A DNA stretch of 64,000 nucleotides from the NCBI GenBank assembly GCA_018656065.1, contig JABHZY010000024.1:5227-69226 (forward strand), read 5' to 3'. This document shows positions 20,361 to 29,866 of this stretch, in pieces. The stretch comes from Candidatus Komeilibacteria bacterium (GTDB taxonomy: Bacteria; Patescibacteriota; Patescibacteriia; UBA1558; GWA2-36-10). Position 1 is the stretch's first letter; each line of letters begins with the position of its first letter. The notes beneath the pieces are model-generated. The model had not been told where the DNA came from. It saw only the letters and a list, made by a program, of their open reading frames with translations, and ran no database searches. The position numbers and the translations under genes were made by a program.

Positions 20361-21273
20361 ACAAATTATATTTTGGGGTACACCTGAGTTTGCTGTACCC
20401 TCTTTAGATACCTTAAATAAATTATCTTTAGTATCTTTGGTGATTACTCAGCCAGATAGACCAGCTGGACGTGGTAAAAAATTATTAGCCAGTCCAGTAA
20501 AAGAATATGCCAGTAAAAATAATATTGATATCTTGGATCCGCAAGAGCTGAATAAAGATTTTGCAGAAACTCTTAAAAAATATTTACCGGCTACTTTTAT
20601 AGTAGTAGCCTATGGCAAAATAATTCCGCAAGAAATATTAGATTTATCTGAACTAACAGCTATTAATATTCACCCATCAATGTTGCCTATATTACGTGGG
20701 CCATCTCCTATACAAACAGCGCTTTTACAAGGTTTTGATTCTACAGGAGTGTCATTAATGCAATTAGATAAAAAAATGGACCATGGGCCTATTTTGAGCC
20801 AAATAGAGGTAAAAATAGACTCAAATGAAGACTATATTTGCTTGTCTGAGCGATTATCTACTATTGGAGCTGATATATTAAATAAAAACATCTTAGATTA
20901 TCTAAATAGTCAGGCCACTCCTCTACCTCAGGATGATAATCAAGCTACTTTTTGTAAGATGATTAAAAAAGAAAATGGTCAGATTGATTGGCAAAAACCT
21001 GCTCAGGAAATTCATAATCAAGTTAGAGCTTATAGACAATGGCCTAGAGCTTATACAAAACTAGATAATTTGGATATTAAATTTTTAAAAACAGAAGTAG
21101 TGGCAGAAATTTTAAAACCAGGAGAAATAAAATTTGATAAAAACAGTTTAATAGTTGGCACAGTCGAAGATAGTTTAAAAATCTTAGAACTTCAGCCAGC
21201 TGGTAAAAAAGCCATGAGCTCTCAAGATTTTATACGAGGTTATCAAAAATATCTAGATAAAATTTTTCAATAA
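20341..21273 (+). CDS. fmt: methionyl-tRNA formyltransferase
   Basis: HPSMLPILRGPSPIQ motif. Overlaps def as an operon. Confidence 0.95.
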   Translation: MMNKPNKQIIFWGTPEFAVPSLDTLNKLSLVSLVITQPDRPAGRGKKLLASPVKEYASKNNIDILDPQELNKDFAETLKKYLPATFIVVAYGKIIPQEILDLSELTAINIHPSMLPILRGPSPIQTALLQGFDSTGVSLMQLDKKMDHGPILSQIEVKIDSNEDYICLSERLSTIGADILNKNILDYLNSQATPLPQDDNQATFCKMIKKENGQIDWQKPAQEIHNQVRAYRQWPRAYTKLDNLDIKFLKTEVVAEILKPGEIKFDKNSLIVGTVEDSLKILELQPAGKKAMSSQDFIRGYQKYLDKIFQ

Positions 21274-21305
21274 AAAATACTCTAATTAATTAGAGTATTT
21301 TTTAG
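21274..21305. terminator. bidirectional terminator
   Basis: Perfect palindrome AAAAAATACTCTAATTAATTAGAGTATTTTTT between convergent genes. Confidence 0.7.
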
Positions 21306-21306
21306 T

Positions 21307-22269
21307 TTATTTATTTTCTTTAGCTTGCCTTGCTTGAGCTAGCTTGGCTCTCATATTTTGTCTAACTTCATCGTTAGCATTTATAGATATCATACTTGCT
21401 GCCAGATCTAAATTACCAGATTTTAATAATTCTTCAAATAATTTTCCACTTGCTCTATCCAGAAATTCCTGACCTCCACTGTGATTTATTTTCGTTTTAT
21501 TAGCAAATAGCCATTTTCCGGATGTAACAAAATCATCATTATCAAGTGCTTCAATGAAAGCAAAATCATCCAATGATTCAGCTTCTTTTTTCTCTTTTTC
21601 CATCTTTTTAAAAACATCTCCCCATAAATCTTCTATCTCTTGTGTTCTAGCCTCTGTTTCTGGTATATCTGGCATAGCTTCTTCCTCTGCTATAGCCTCT
21701 CCCATGGCTTGTTTTTCAGCTGCTAATGGATCAATTAATTCTGTTGACTCCATAACATCTTTAAGATTTTTTGCTCTACCCTCTTTAGATCTTCCTTCGG
21801 GTAAAATATCTATCATTCTTTGAGCACCATCAAAATCTCCAGTATCACGATAAGCTCTAAACAAATCTCCACTTCTGTGGTCTAACCATCTTTCGTTATT
21901 TTCATATTTTCCGTCTTTAACAGATTCTAACCATGCTTCGGCTTTAGCCGTGTCTCCAGAAATAATGGCTTTATCAAAATCTTTTGTATTTTCAATACCT
22001 TCTTCTTGTTCTACTGAAGTTTCATTAGCATCTTGAGTAACTTGCTCTAATCCCATAGATTCTCTTTGAGCAGCTAGAGCATCAATATCTTCTGCCCCTA
22101 CTTTTTGAGCATAAGCTTTATCGGCAGCTATTTCATCTGCTGATATCTCACCTGTTACTGACTCCATATTTTCTGGAGCTTGCTCAACAGGGTTATTCTC
22201 GTTGTCTGGCGTAAGTTTTTCTTTTTCACTCATATGTTTTATTTTACTTTTTTCTTTTCTGTAACCCAA
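21307..22269 (-). CDS. acidic hypothetical protein
   Basis: 320-aa ORF rich in E and D. The start may instead be the ATG at 22233, which avoids overlap with the upstream gene. Confidence 0.55.
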   Translation of the reverse strand: MGYRKEKSKIKHMSEKEKLTPDNENNPVEQAPENMESVTGEISADEIAADKAYAQKVGAEDIDALAAQRESMGLEQVTQDANETSVEQEEGIENTKDFDKAIISGDTAKAEAWLESVKDGKYENNERWLDHRSGDLFRAYRDTGDFDGAQRMIDILPEGRSKEGRAKNLKDVMESTELIDPLAAEKQAMGEAIAEEEAMPDIPETEARTQEIEDLWGDVFKKMEKEKKEAESLDDFAFIEALDNDDFVTSGKWLFANKTKINHSGGQEFLDRASGKLFEELLKSGNLDLAASMISINANDEVRQNMRAKLAQARQAKENK

Positions 22270-23759
22270 AAACCTAAATATTTACCAAGCATCAATCTAG
22301 TTTGAGCATCTATAGCTGGTATAGAACCAAATATTATCATAGTAATTGGAAATATAATCCACTGTAATAACATTAGCAAATATTTAAAAGGTTTCATAAT
22401 TCTGGAACCTCTTTGTTTTGGCGGTATTGGCGGTAAGATAAATACACTCATTAAGGCAATTAAAATCATACCCACCATTCCAGAACGCATTAAGTTTTCT
22501 AGCATCAAAGGCGCGTTTTGAGTTAAGACACTAGTTAAGCCTTGTTTTTCAGCTAAATATAGAGGCAAATAACCCATGATAAATATTAACATTGGTGCAG
22601 TAGCCCAAGTATACACTCCTTCGGTCTGGTTCCAAGTATAAACCAATTTTTTATTGAAGGGCATTTTTTTATTTTTAGCAAATTGCCAAACCATATATGG
22701 AAAATGTTCTACTCCGTAAGCCCAACGACGCATTTGTTTATATTGATTTACCAAACTACGCCAGATATTCCCAACGTAAACAGTGTTCATTGATACAGGG
22801 ATATGCATTGGTTCTACTTCATAGTCACCATCATAATGTATCAAGCATTGTAAAAATATACGAGAGTCTTCAGTTACTATATTATTTTGCCAAAATCCAA
22901 TATCTACTAGTGCTTGCCAACTCATTGAATGGGAAGAAAAAGTAAATAATCTTTCTGGACGAGCCAAATCAGTTAATAACCAAAAAGTAGTGGAGTTAGC
23001 TACTACTCTAGTAATTGGATCAGATTCCCAAATGTTATTATGATAAAAAGCCATTGGTTGAAAAGAGGTTCGGTATGGATTTTTATGTGAAATAAATTTA
23101 TGGGTCAAGTAAGCAAAATAGTCTGGATGAGAAATAGTATCTACATCAAAAGCTGAGACAATAAGTTTTTTATAATCAAAACCTTCGGCATCAATATATT
23201 TTTTAACCTCATATCCAGCATGATAAAGATTAGAGCCCTTGCCTTTAATTTCGCCTTCTAAATTATCAGGATGAACAGTTATGATTATTTTATGAAAAAT
23301 ATCTTGGTATTTTTCTTTTATTTTATTAGCCAGAGGAACAAATTGTTCTTCATAACGACCCTCTCCAGCTAAAATTATTATCATTTGTTTTTGATCGTAT
23401 TTAGTTTTCCTAGCCAGATTATTAAAAGTAACATCAACAACCTCAAATGGCTCACCAGCAGTGGGTAAAAATACAATATGATGATATTCACGCCAGTGTT
23501 TATTGTGAGTATGTTTTAGAAATTGCCACCAGTCTACTTTAGTAGCTCGCCTATATTTAAACCAAGAAAGTAATAAAAATATAAGCATATAAGTAATACG
23601 CAAAACAAAATAGACATCAAAAATTATAACAAAATATATACCATATAATGGTGAGATAAATGATAGAGATATGGTAATAATAAAAGTAAGCCAGACCATC
23701 ATGCCAGGCATTATTTCTAGATTTCTATACTTATAATAGTCTTTATATTCTTGTTTCAT
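22239..23759 (-). CDS. membrane-embedded processive family 2 glycosyltransferase
   Basis: Multiple TM helices. FDVDT and TEDSRIF motifs plus the Q-x-x-R-W signature (QYKQMRRWAYG). Confidence 0.8.
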   Translation of the reverse strand: MKQEYKDYYKYRNLEIMPGMMVWLTFIITISLSFISPLYGIYFVIIFDVYFVLRITYMLIFLLLSWFKYRRATKVDWWQFLKHTHNKHWREYHHIVFLPTAGEPFEVVDVTFNNLARKTKYDQKQMIIILAGEGRYEEQFVPLANKIKEKYQDIFHKIIITVHPDNLEGEIKGKGSNLYHAGYEVKKYIDAEGFDYKKLIVSAFDVDTISHPDYFAYLTHKFISHKNPYRTSFQPMAFYHNNIWESDPITRVVANSTTFWLLTDLARPERLFTFSSHSMSWQALVDIGFWQNNIVTEDSRIFLQCLIHYDGDYEVEPMHIPVSMNTVYVGNIWRSLVNQYKQMRRWAYGVEHFPYMVWQFAKNKKMPFNKKLVYTWNQTEGVYTWATAPMLIFIMGYLPLYLAEKQGLTSVLTQNAPLMLENLMRSGMVGMILIALMSVFILPPIPPKQRGSRIMKPFKYLLMLLQWIIFPITMIIFGSIPAIDAQTRLMLGKYLGFWVTEKKKVK

Positions 23760-24835
23760 AAACTATACCGATCACTTTCTATGCCAACTGCCTCAGAAAT
23801 ATGTTTATAATTATCGTGTTGAATTATATTTTCTAGTTGTCTGTTTATGATATTTACAGCAGTAGGGCCATTATAAATTAGGCCCGTAATTAATTGCACT
23901 AAATTGGCACCAGCTTTAATTTTTTTGTAGGCATCATGTCCTGAAAAAATACCACCTGTTCCTATAATTTTATATTTACCTTCACTATGTTGATAAAGAT
24001 AAGCAATTATTTCATTAGATTTATCTCTGGTAGGCTGACCTGAAATACCACCTGGTTTATCTTGATTCTTTGATTTTAGATTTAAACTAGCTTTATCCTT
24101 AGCTAGATTAGAAGCAATAATAGCACTAATATTATATTTCTTAGCTAAATAAATAATATCATCTAGCTCTTCTTTGGACAAATCTTGACCAATTTTTAAC
24201 CAAATTGGCTTTTTAGATTTATTTATAGATTGTATTCTGTCTAAAATTGGTTCTAGTAATTTTTTTGACTGCAAACCAGTAAAACCAGCTACATTTGGAC
24301 AAGAAAGATTAATAGTAACAATATCAGCATGTTCTGCTAATATTTCAAAGCTAGCCTGATAATCATCGGCTGCTTTTTCCATAGCTACATTACTAGTTTT
24401 AGCAATACTAGCAGATATTAAAGCAGTTTTTGTTTTAAGTACCTCGGCTATTTTTTTAGCGCCTTGGTTGCATAAGCCATAATAAACAACTAAAGCTTTA
24501 TCTTTTGGTAGTCTCCAAAGCCTAGGCTTTGGGTTGCCTTCTTGGGCTTGATGAGTAATAGAGCCAATTTGAGCCCAAGCAAATCCCATAGCTGACCAAG
24601 TATTGATAGCTTTACCATTTTTGTCTAAACCAGCTGCTAAGCCAACTGGATTTTTAAAGTATAAGCCAAATAATTTTTGACGTAATCTAGGTGAAGTATA
24701 GTTTAACCTAGATTTTAATAACTTATTTAATAATTTTGATTTACTAAAAAAAGATAAGCCCCATAATGTAAAATCATGGATTTTTTCTGGATCAGTTAGA
24801 AATAGAATGGGTCTAATAATTTTTTGGTAAAACAT
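23756..24835 (-). CDS. pyrD: dihydroorotate dehydrogenase, class 2 type
   Basis: 359 aa with the N-terminal extension of class 2 enzymes. NLSCPN and GTGGI motifs. Confidence 0.92.
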   Translation of the reverse strand: MFYQKIIRPILFLTDPEKIHDFTLWGLSFFSKSKLLNKLLKSRLNYTSPRLRQKLFGLYFKNPVGLAAGLDKNGKAINTWSAMGFAWAQIGSITHQAQEGNPKPRLWRLPKDKALVVYYGLCNQGAKKIAEVLKTKTALISASIAKTSNVAMEKAADDYQASFEILAEHADIVTINLSCPNVAGFTGLQSKKLLEPILDRIQSINKSKKPIWLKIGQDLSKEELDDIIYLAKKYNISAIIASNLAKDKASLNLKSKNQDKPGGISGQPTRDKSNEIIAYLYQHSEGKYKIIGTGGIFSGHDAYKKIKAGANLVQLITGLIYNGPTAVNIINRQLENIIQHDNYKHISEAVGIESDRYSL

Positions 24836-25111
24836 TTATTTTTGTAAAATTTCTTTTAATTTTTTTAAATTCTCAGCCATAATTTTAACATAAAGATCTT
24901 TTATGAAATCAGGGTCAATATTATTTTTTTTAGCCCAAAGAGTGATATTTTCTTTTATTTCTATTTCCCTTTTAAAATCACGAATATTATCAGGATCCTT
25001 ACATTTAGCTACTTCCTCCATTAAGGATAGCCTAATGGCTAGGCTTTTGATAATTAGTTTATCTGCTTCGTCTATTTTTTCCCTAATTTTAGCTATTTTA
25101 TCTTGTGACAT
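24836..25111 (-). CDS. chorismate mutase (AroQ class, stand-alone)
   Basis: 91 aa. IREKIDEADKLIIKSLAIRLSLMEEVAKCK is typical of the AroQ helix 1. Confidence 0.75.
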   Translation of the reverse strand: MSQDKIAKIREKIDEADKLIIKSLAIRLSLMEEVAKCKDPDNIRDFKREIEIKENITLWAKKNNIDPDFIKDLYVKIMAENLKKLKEILQK

Positions 25112-25172
25112 ATTGAAAATAAGTAGCTATAATCTACCAGAAAAGCGATTATTTTTCAAGGGGTTTTATTGT

Positions 25173-25201
25173 TTGACAGAAGAAAATTTTAGGAATATAA
25201 T
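25173..25201 (+). promoter_or_regulatory. promoter of RNA C
   Basis: TTGACA, 17 nt, TATAAT (exact consensus). Confidence 0.7.
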
Positions 25202-25207
25202 ACAGCA

Positions 25208-25358
25208 ATTCAAGAGTACATGTTCAAGGAACAGAACGAGGAAATTAGGTGGGGCCTTTCCTTAGTTGGCTATTTAGTGAGCATCGGCACAGGCCACTGC
25301 TCGTTTTATCCAACGAAACGTACTCGGCTGCGTACGTTGTTCTGTTCCTCTCTTTTTC
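25208..25358 (+). ncRNA. orphan GC-rich structured RNA C (about 150 nt, four-way junction), family unknown
   Basis: Closing stem 25228-38 / 25335-48 with one G.U valid only on the plus strand. Three internal hairpins: AGGAAA/UUUCCU, GUUGG/CCAAC enclosing GAGCA/UGCUC, and ACGUAC/GUACGU. A U run follows the closing stem, and a second hairpin lies at 25362-84. Confidence 0.55.
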
Positions 25359-25401
25359 TATAACCAAGTCCTATGGGCTTGGTTTTCACTGTAATCAAAA
25401 A

Positions 25402-25419
25402 AGACTCACTAAAGAGTCT
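25402..25419. terminator. bidirectional terminator
   Basis: AGACTC-actaa-GAGTCT hairpin flanked by A and T runs. Overlaps the NUDIX gene stop. Confidence 0.6.
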
Positions 25420-25876
25420 TTGTTTTTATATTATGTTTTATTACTTGGTCTTTTTTGCCAAGTAGGAAATCAGCTTCGAATTTTTTATTTTCTAGAAATA
25501 CAGGAAACCAATATTGAGCATCGTTCCACATTTTTTTGTAGGGAATATTATCTAAATCAAACCACTTAGGTTTCATTTCTTCACTCTCCTCTACTAAGCC
25601 ACTAAAATTATCACAATGAAAAACATGCATTTCCAAATCTTGATCTTTATCTTGCCAAGAAAAGTCTATTATAGCTACCGGCTCCAAAGATTTTATTTCT
25701 AGAGAACATTCTTCAAATACTTCACGCCTAGCGGCCTCTTCTATACTCTCACCAACTTCAAGTTTACCGCCAAAACCATTTGTCTTGCCCACGCCGAAGC
25801 CTCTTTTCTTAAGACCTAATAATATTTGATTATCTTTAGTAATTAAAACTAGGGTTAGTACAGTTTTTTTAGGCAT
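25409..25876 (-). CDS. NUDIX hydrolase (MutT-like)
   Basis: Nudix box GGKLEVGESIEEAARREVFEECSL. Confidence 0.9.
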   Translation of the reverse strand: MPKKTVLTLVLITKDNQILLGLKKRGFGVGKTNGFGGKLEVGESIEEAARREVFEECSLEIKSLEPVAIIDFSWQDKDQDLEMHVFHCDNFSGLVEESEEMKPKWFDLDNIPYKKMWNDAQYWFPVFLENKKFEADFLLGKKDQVIKHNIKTKTL

Positions 25877-26285
25877 TAATCAAATTATTATCTAATAATT
25901 CTTTAAAATAAATGTCTAAATCATCTATTTGTTTTAGTTCTTCAGCGCTATACCATTTATATTGGTCGTTTTCTGATTCATCTAGTCTGATATTACCCTC
26001 TACTTCACCGATATAAGTCAGTCTAACTACATGTATTTCAGGTTTAGGGATAATATCTTGAGCAGCTATTAATTTTGGTATACCGACTAATTCTAAATTA
26101 GTCTCTTCTTTAATCTCACGCTTAAGATTGTCTATTAATACTGAGCCTGGATCAATACGACCACCAACTATATCCCAACGTCCTTTGATATCTGGATATT
26201 TATCCAATGAACGACGTAACATTAGATATTTACCTTCTTTGTTTTTTAGTAGAGCTTTAACACCTACTTGTAGTTTTACATCCAT
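25869..26285 (-). CDS. NUDIX hydrolase
   Basis: Nudix box GGRIDPGSVLIDNLKREIKEETNL. Confidence 0.9.
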   Translation of the reverse strand: MDVKLQVGVKALLKNKEGKYLMLRRSLDKYPDIKGRWDIVGGRIDPGSVLIDNLKREIKEETNLELVGIPKLIAAQDIIPKPEIHVVRLTYIGEVEGNIRLDESENDQYKWYSAEELKQIDDLDIYFKELLDNNLINA

Positions 26286-26286
26286 A

Positions 26287-26595
26287 TTATGATTCGTCTA
26301 ATATTATTTTTTTATCAAAACCACCTCTTTTATTAAATTTATCTTGTTTGATCTTTGCTATTTCTTCTTTATTAAAGCCGTATAATTTACAAATAGCATC
26401 AATTACTTCATAAATATCAGCTATTTCAGTAATATCTTCTGATTCTATAAATTCATTAGCTTCTTCTAGTAATTTAGCTTTTAATTTAATCTTGTATTCG
26501 TCGTCACTAGCAATATGAGTAACAGGCTGGCCGTTATTAGTAATAATTATTTCGGGAATTTTATCACGAATTAACTTGTTGTATTTTTTAGACAT
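26287..26595 (-). CDS. MazG-like / PRA-PH-like nucleoside triphosphate pyrophosphohydrolase
   Basis: 102 aa. KLIRDKIPEII...EEANEF...EIADIYEVIDAI all-alpha NTP-PPase pattern. Confidence 0.7.
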   Translation of the reverse strand: MSKKYNKLIRDKIPEIIITNNGQPVTHIASDDEYKIKLKAKLLEEANEFIESEDITEIADIYEVIDAICKLYGFNKEEIAKIKQDKFNKRGGFDKKIILDES

Positions 26596-27118
26596 CTTCT
26601 TCCCCTTCTTCTAGTTCTTCTATTTCTAATTCCTTATCTTCCTTTATTATTTCCTCCTCCTCTGGTTCTGGTTCTTCTTCTACTTCGTCTGGTTCAGGTT
26701 CTGGTTCTTCTTCTACCACTTCCTCTTCTACTTCGTCTGGTTCAGGTTCAGGTTCTGGTTCACTATTTGATGCTGCTGCACCACCTTCGCCATCTCCATC
26801 ATTTAATTCATCTAAAAGTTCATCTAGAGTAGAATTTTCTACTGAAAATAAAGTCTCTACAGTATCGTATAATTGATCCAACAAGTCTCTTGCTTCCTCG
26901 TCTAATGTATCTGATTGCACACGTTCGATTAGAGCTCCATTTCTCTTGTATATTGATAATCTATAAAGACCATTGGAAATCTTATTAAGATTCAAAACAC
27001 CACTGTTTAAACTTAAGTTATAGTAATCTTGAGAGCGGTGTTCCCAAGTATAAGACCCATTGTTAGTTTTTATTACTAATCTATTGAGTATATTTCTTAT
27101 TCTGTTTGGATTACTCAT
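26588..27118 (-). CDS. hypothetical protein with acidic Pro-Glu repeat tail
   Basis: 176-aa ORF. C-terminus reads EPEPEPEPDEVEEEVVEEEPEPEPDEVEEEPEPEEEE. Confidence 0.55.
   Translation of the reverse strand: MSNPNRIRNILNRLVIKTNNGSYTWEHRSQDYYNLSLNSGVLNLNKISNGLYRLSIYKRNGALIERVQSDTLDEEARDLLDQLYDTVETLFSVENSTLDELLDELNDGDGEGGAAASNSEPEPEPEPDEVEEEVVEEEPEPEPDEVEEEPEPEEEEIIKEDKELEIEELEEGEEDV
26640..26770. repeat. imperfect tandem duplication encoding the PE/acidic repeat
   Basis: The unit cttctacttcgtctggttcaggttc... occurs twice about 50 nt apart inside the CDS. Confidence 0.6.
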
Positions 27119-27142
27119 AATTTTTTAATTTAATTTTAAGTT

Positions 27143-29857
27143 TTATTTACCATGGCATTTTTTATATTTCTTACCACTACCACAGTAACAAGGATCGTTT
27201 CGGCCAATACGCTTACCAGTCTCATCAATTGGTTTATTAGATACAGCAGGATTAGCTTGTGAACGATTAGCTACTTGTTTTTGGAAAGGTTGATAGCCTT
27301 GTTTTTGTTCTTCAAAAACTTTTTGACTCTCCCCTGGTTTAGGACCAGAGGCTACTGTATTTCGTTTCAAGTTGACTTTAAATATAGAATAAACTATTTG
27401 CTTTCTAATTGCCTCTAGTAATTGATTAAACAAATTAAAAGCCTCGCGTTTATATTCAATTAAAGGATCTTTTTGGCCATAACCTTGTAAACCAATTCCA
27501 GTTCGAAGTTTGTCCATAGCAGTTAAATGCTCTACCCATAAAGTATCAATACTTTTTAGAACAATACTGCGCTCAATAATTTGCATTGGCTTCCAAGTAT
27601 CATCTTGTAAATCAACATTAGCATTAATATCTTCGGTTAAGGCTAAATATTTATTTTTAGCAATGGAATTAATATACTCAATTACTTTATCTCTATTGTC
27701 ATGAGAATTACTTTTGCCGTTTTGAGTTAAAAGTTCTTTAATTTTAATTTCTTCTTCTGATTCTAAAACAAAAATTGATTTTAGAGTTTCTAAAATTTCT
27801 TTAGGATCAAAGTCACCAGTATTTTTTTCACCCAGCGTATGGAATGAAACTACACTTTCAATTTCTTGATCAACATATTCTAGTACTATATCTTGAGAAC
27901 TTTTTTCAGTCTTATGTTCTTTGTCAGAAAATATTTCAAGTAATTGTTGGCGAGAACCATAAACTACTTGGCGATGTTTGTTAATTACATCATCATACTC
28001 TACTAAGTGTTTTCTAATATCAAAGTTATGGCCTTCCACTTTTTTCTGAGCAGATTCTATAGAATTGGAAATTAATTTATTTTCTATAGGCATATCTTCA
28101 GCAATACCTAGTTTATCCATCATATTTTTCATACGATCTGAGCCGAAAATACGCATCAAATCATCTTCCATAGAAATATAAAATTGAGATGAGCCAATAT
28201 CACCTTGACGCCCAGCTCGACCACGGAGCTGATTATCAATACGACGTGATTCATGACGTTCTGTGCCGAGAACATGTAAACCACCTAATTCAATAATCTC
28301 ATCACATTTAGCTTTATCCATTGGTGAACCACCTAAAATAATATCTACACCACGGCCAGCCATATTAGTAGCTACTGTAACAGCGCCTTTGCGACCAGCT
28401 TGAGATATAATTTCAGCTTCTTTTTCATGAAATTTAGCATTCAATAAATTATGTGGAATACCAGCTTTTTCTAATAATTTGCCAAGTTCTTCATTTTTAT
28501 CAATAGAAATTGTACCAACCAACACCGGTTGACCCTTATCATGACGTTCTTGAATTTCCCTGACAATTGCTTTTAATTTGCCACGATAAGATTTATAGAT
28601 TTTATCTCCTTGATCGTCTCTAGAAAATGCTTTGTTAGTTGGAATAACAGTCACATCTAAATTATAAATCTTAGCCATTTCTTCTGCTTCCGTAGCTGCT
28701 GTACCTGTCATACCTCCTAATTTTTTATACATCCGGAAGTAATTCTGAAAAGTTACTGTAGCTAAAGTCATACTTTCCTTTTGAATTTCTACTCCCTCTT
28801 TAGCTTCAATAGCTTGATGTAAACCTTCACTATAACGACGACCAGGCATCATACGGCCAGTAAATTCATCAATAATAATTACTTCATTATCTTGAATTAC
28901 ATAATCTCTATCTTTGCTAAATAAAGTTTTAGCTTTTAAAGCTGATTCTATATGATGGACACTTTCCATACCATGACTTTCATATATATTGTCCACGCCC
29001 AAAGATTTTTCCATTTTACTTACACCCTCTTCAGTTAAGGTGCAAGCTTTCATTTTTTCATCAATATTATAATCTTCATTTTCTTTGAGAGTTTGAATCA
29101 TTTGAGCAAATTGTCCATAACGATCTGTAGATTGATCAGCTGGAGCAGATATAATTAATGGAGTTCTAGCTTCGTCAATTAAAACACTATCAACTTCATC
29201 AATCAAAGTATAGTGTAAACCACGCTGAACTTGTTTTTCACTATCTTGGGTCATGTTGTCTCTTAGATAATCAAAACCAAATTCATTATTAGTACCATAG
29301 GTAATATCAGCTTGGTAAGCCTCCTTTCTTTCTACTGGACGTAGAGAATCATCTTCACTTGTGTCATAAACAAAAGCACTGTCATGAGCAATTACACCAA
29401 TGCTAATACCTAAAAAATCATAAACTTTTGCCATCCAAACAGCATCACGTTTAGCTAAATAATCATTTACAGTAATAACGTGTACACCTTTATCTGATAA
29501 AGCATTAAGATAAACTGCTAAAGTGGAAGTAAGAGTTTTACCCTCCCCTGTTTTCATTTCAGCAATCTGACCTTGATGTAAAACAATGCCTCCTAAAATT
29601 TGTACATTATAATGCCGTTGTCCCAAAGTACGTTGAGCAGCAACTTTTATAAGGGCAAAAGCCGGCACCAGGACATCATCCAATTTGGTACCGTCTTGTA
29701 TTTGCTTTTTTAGATTTAGACTTTCTTTTTTTAATTCGTCGTCGTTGAGTTTGAGAAATTCCTTTTCTTTTTCGTTTATAGCATCAACTTGTGGTTGTAA
29801 GCTTTTCAAGAATTTTTCATTCGCATCGCCAAATAGTTTATCTAGAAATTTTAACAT
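27143..29857 (-). CDS. secA: preprotein translocase ATPase SecA
   Basis: 904 aa. MKTGEGKTL Walker A, DEVDSVLIDEARTPLIIS, and the C-terminal zinc motif CYCGSGKKYKKCHG. Confidence 0.98.
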   Translation of the reverse strand: MLKFLDKLFGDANEKFLKSLQPQVDAINEKEKEFLKLNDDELKKESLNLKKQIQDGTKLDDVLVPAFALIKVAAQRTLGQRHYNVQILGGIVLHQGQIAEMKTGEGKTLTSTLAVYLNALSDKGVHVITVNDYLAKRDAVWMAKVYDFLGISIGVIAHDSAFVYDTSEDDSLRPVERKEAYQADITYGTNNEFGFDYLRDNMTQDSEKQVQRGLHYTLIDEVDSVLIDEARTPLIISAPADQSTDRYGQFAQMIQTLKENEDYNIDEKMKACTLTEEGVSKMEKSLGVDNIYESHGMESVHHIESALKAKTLFSKDRDYVIQDNEVIIIDEFTGRMMPGRRYSEGLHQAIEAKEGVEIQKESMTLATVTFQNYFRMYKKLGGMTGTAATEAEEMAKIYNLDVTVIPTNKAFSRDDQGDKIYKSYRGKLKAIVREIQERHDKGQPVLVGTISIDKNEELGKLLEKAGIPHNLLNAKFHEKEAEIISQAGRKGAVTVATNMAGRGVDIILGGSPMDKAKCDEIIELGGLHVLGTERHESRRIDNQLRGRAGRQGDIGSSQFYISMEDDLMRIFGSDRMKNMMDKLGIAEDMPIENKLISNSIESAQKKVEGHNFDIRKHLVEYDDVINKHRQVVYGSRQQLLEIFSDKEHKTEKSSQDIVLEYVDQEIESVVSFHTLGEKNTGDFDPKEILETLKSIFVLESEEEIKIKELLTQNGKSNSHDNRDKVIEYINSIAKNKYLALTEDINANVDLQDDTWKPMQIIERSIVLKSIDTLWVEHLTAMDKLRTGIGLQGYGQKDPLIEYKREAFNLFNQLLEAIRKQIVYSIFKVNLKRNTVASGPKPGESQKVFEEQKQGYQPFQKQVANRSQANPAVSNKPIDETGKRIGRNDPCYCGSGKKYKKCHGK

Positions 29858-29866
29858 ATACGTATT

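Noticed and set aside
24903-25569. Plus-strand ORFs 24903..25265 and 25249..25569 spanning RNA C.
   Set aside because: The first is antisense to the chorismate mutase gene. The second (GTG start) runs through two terminators and 160 nt antisense into the NUDIX gene. Both have hydrophobic, low-complexity translations.
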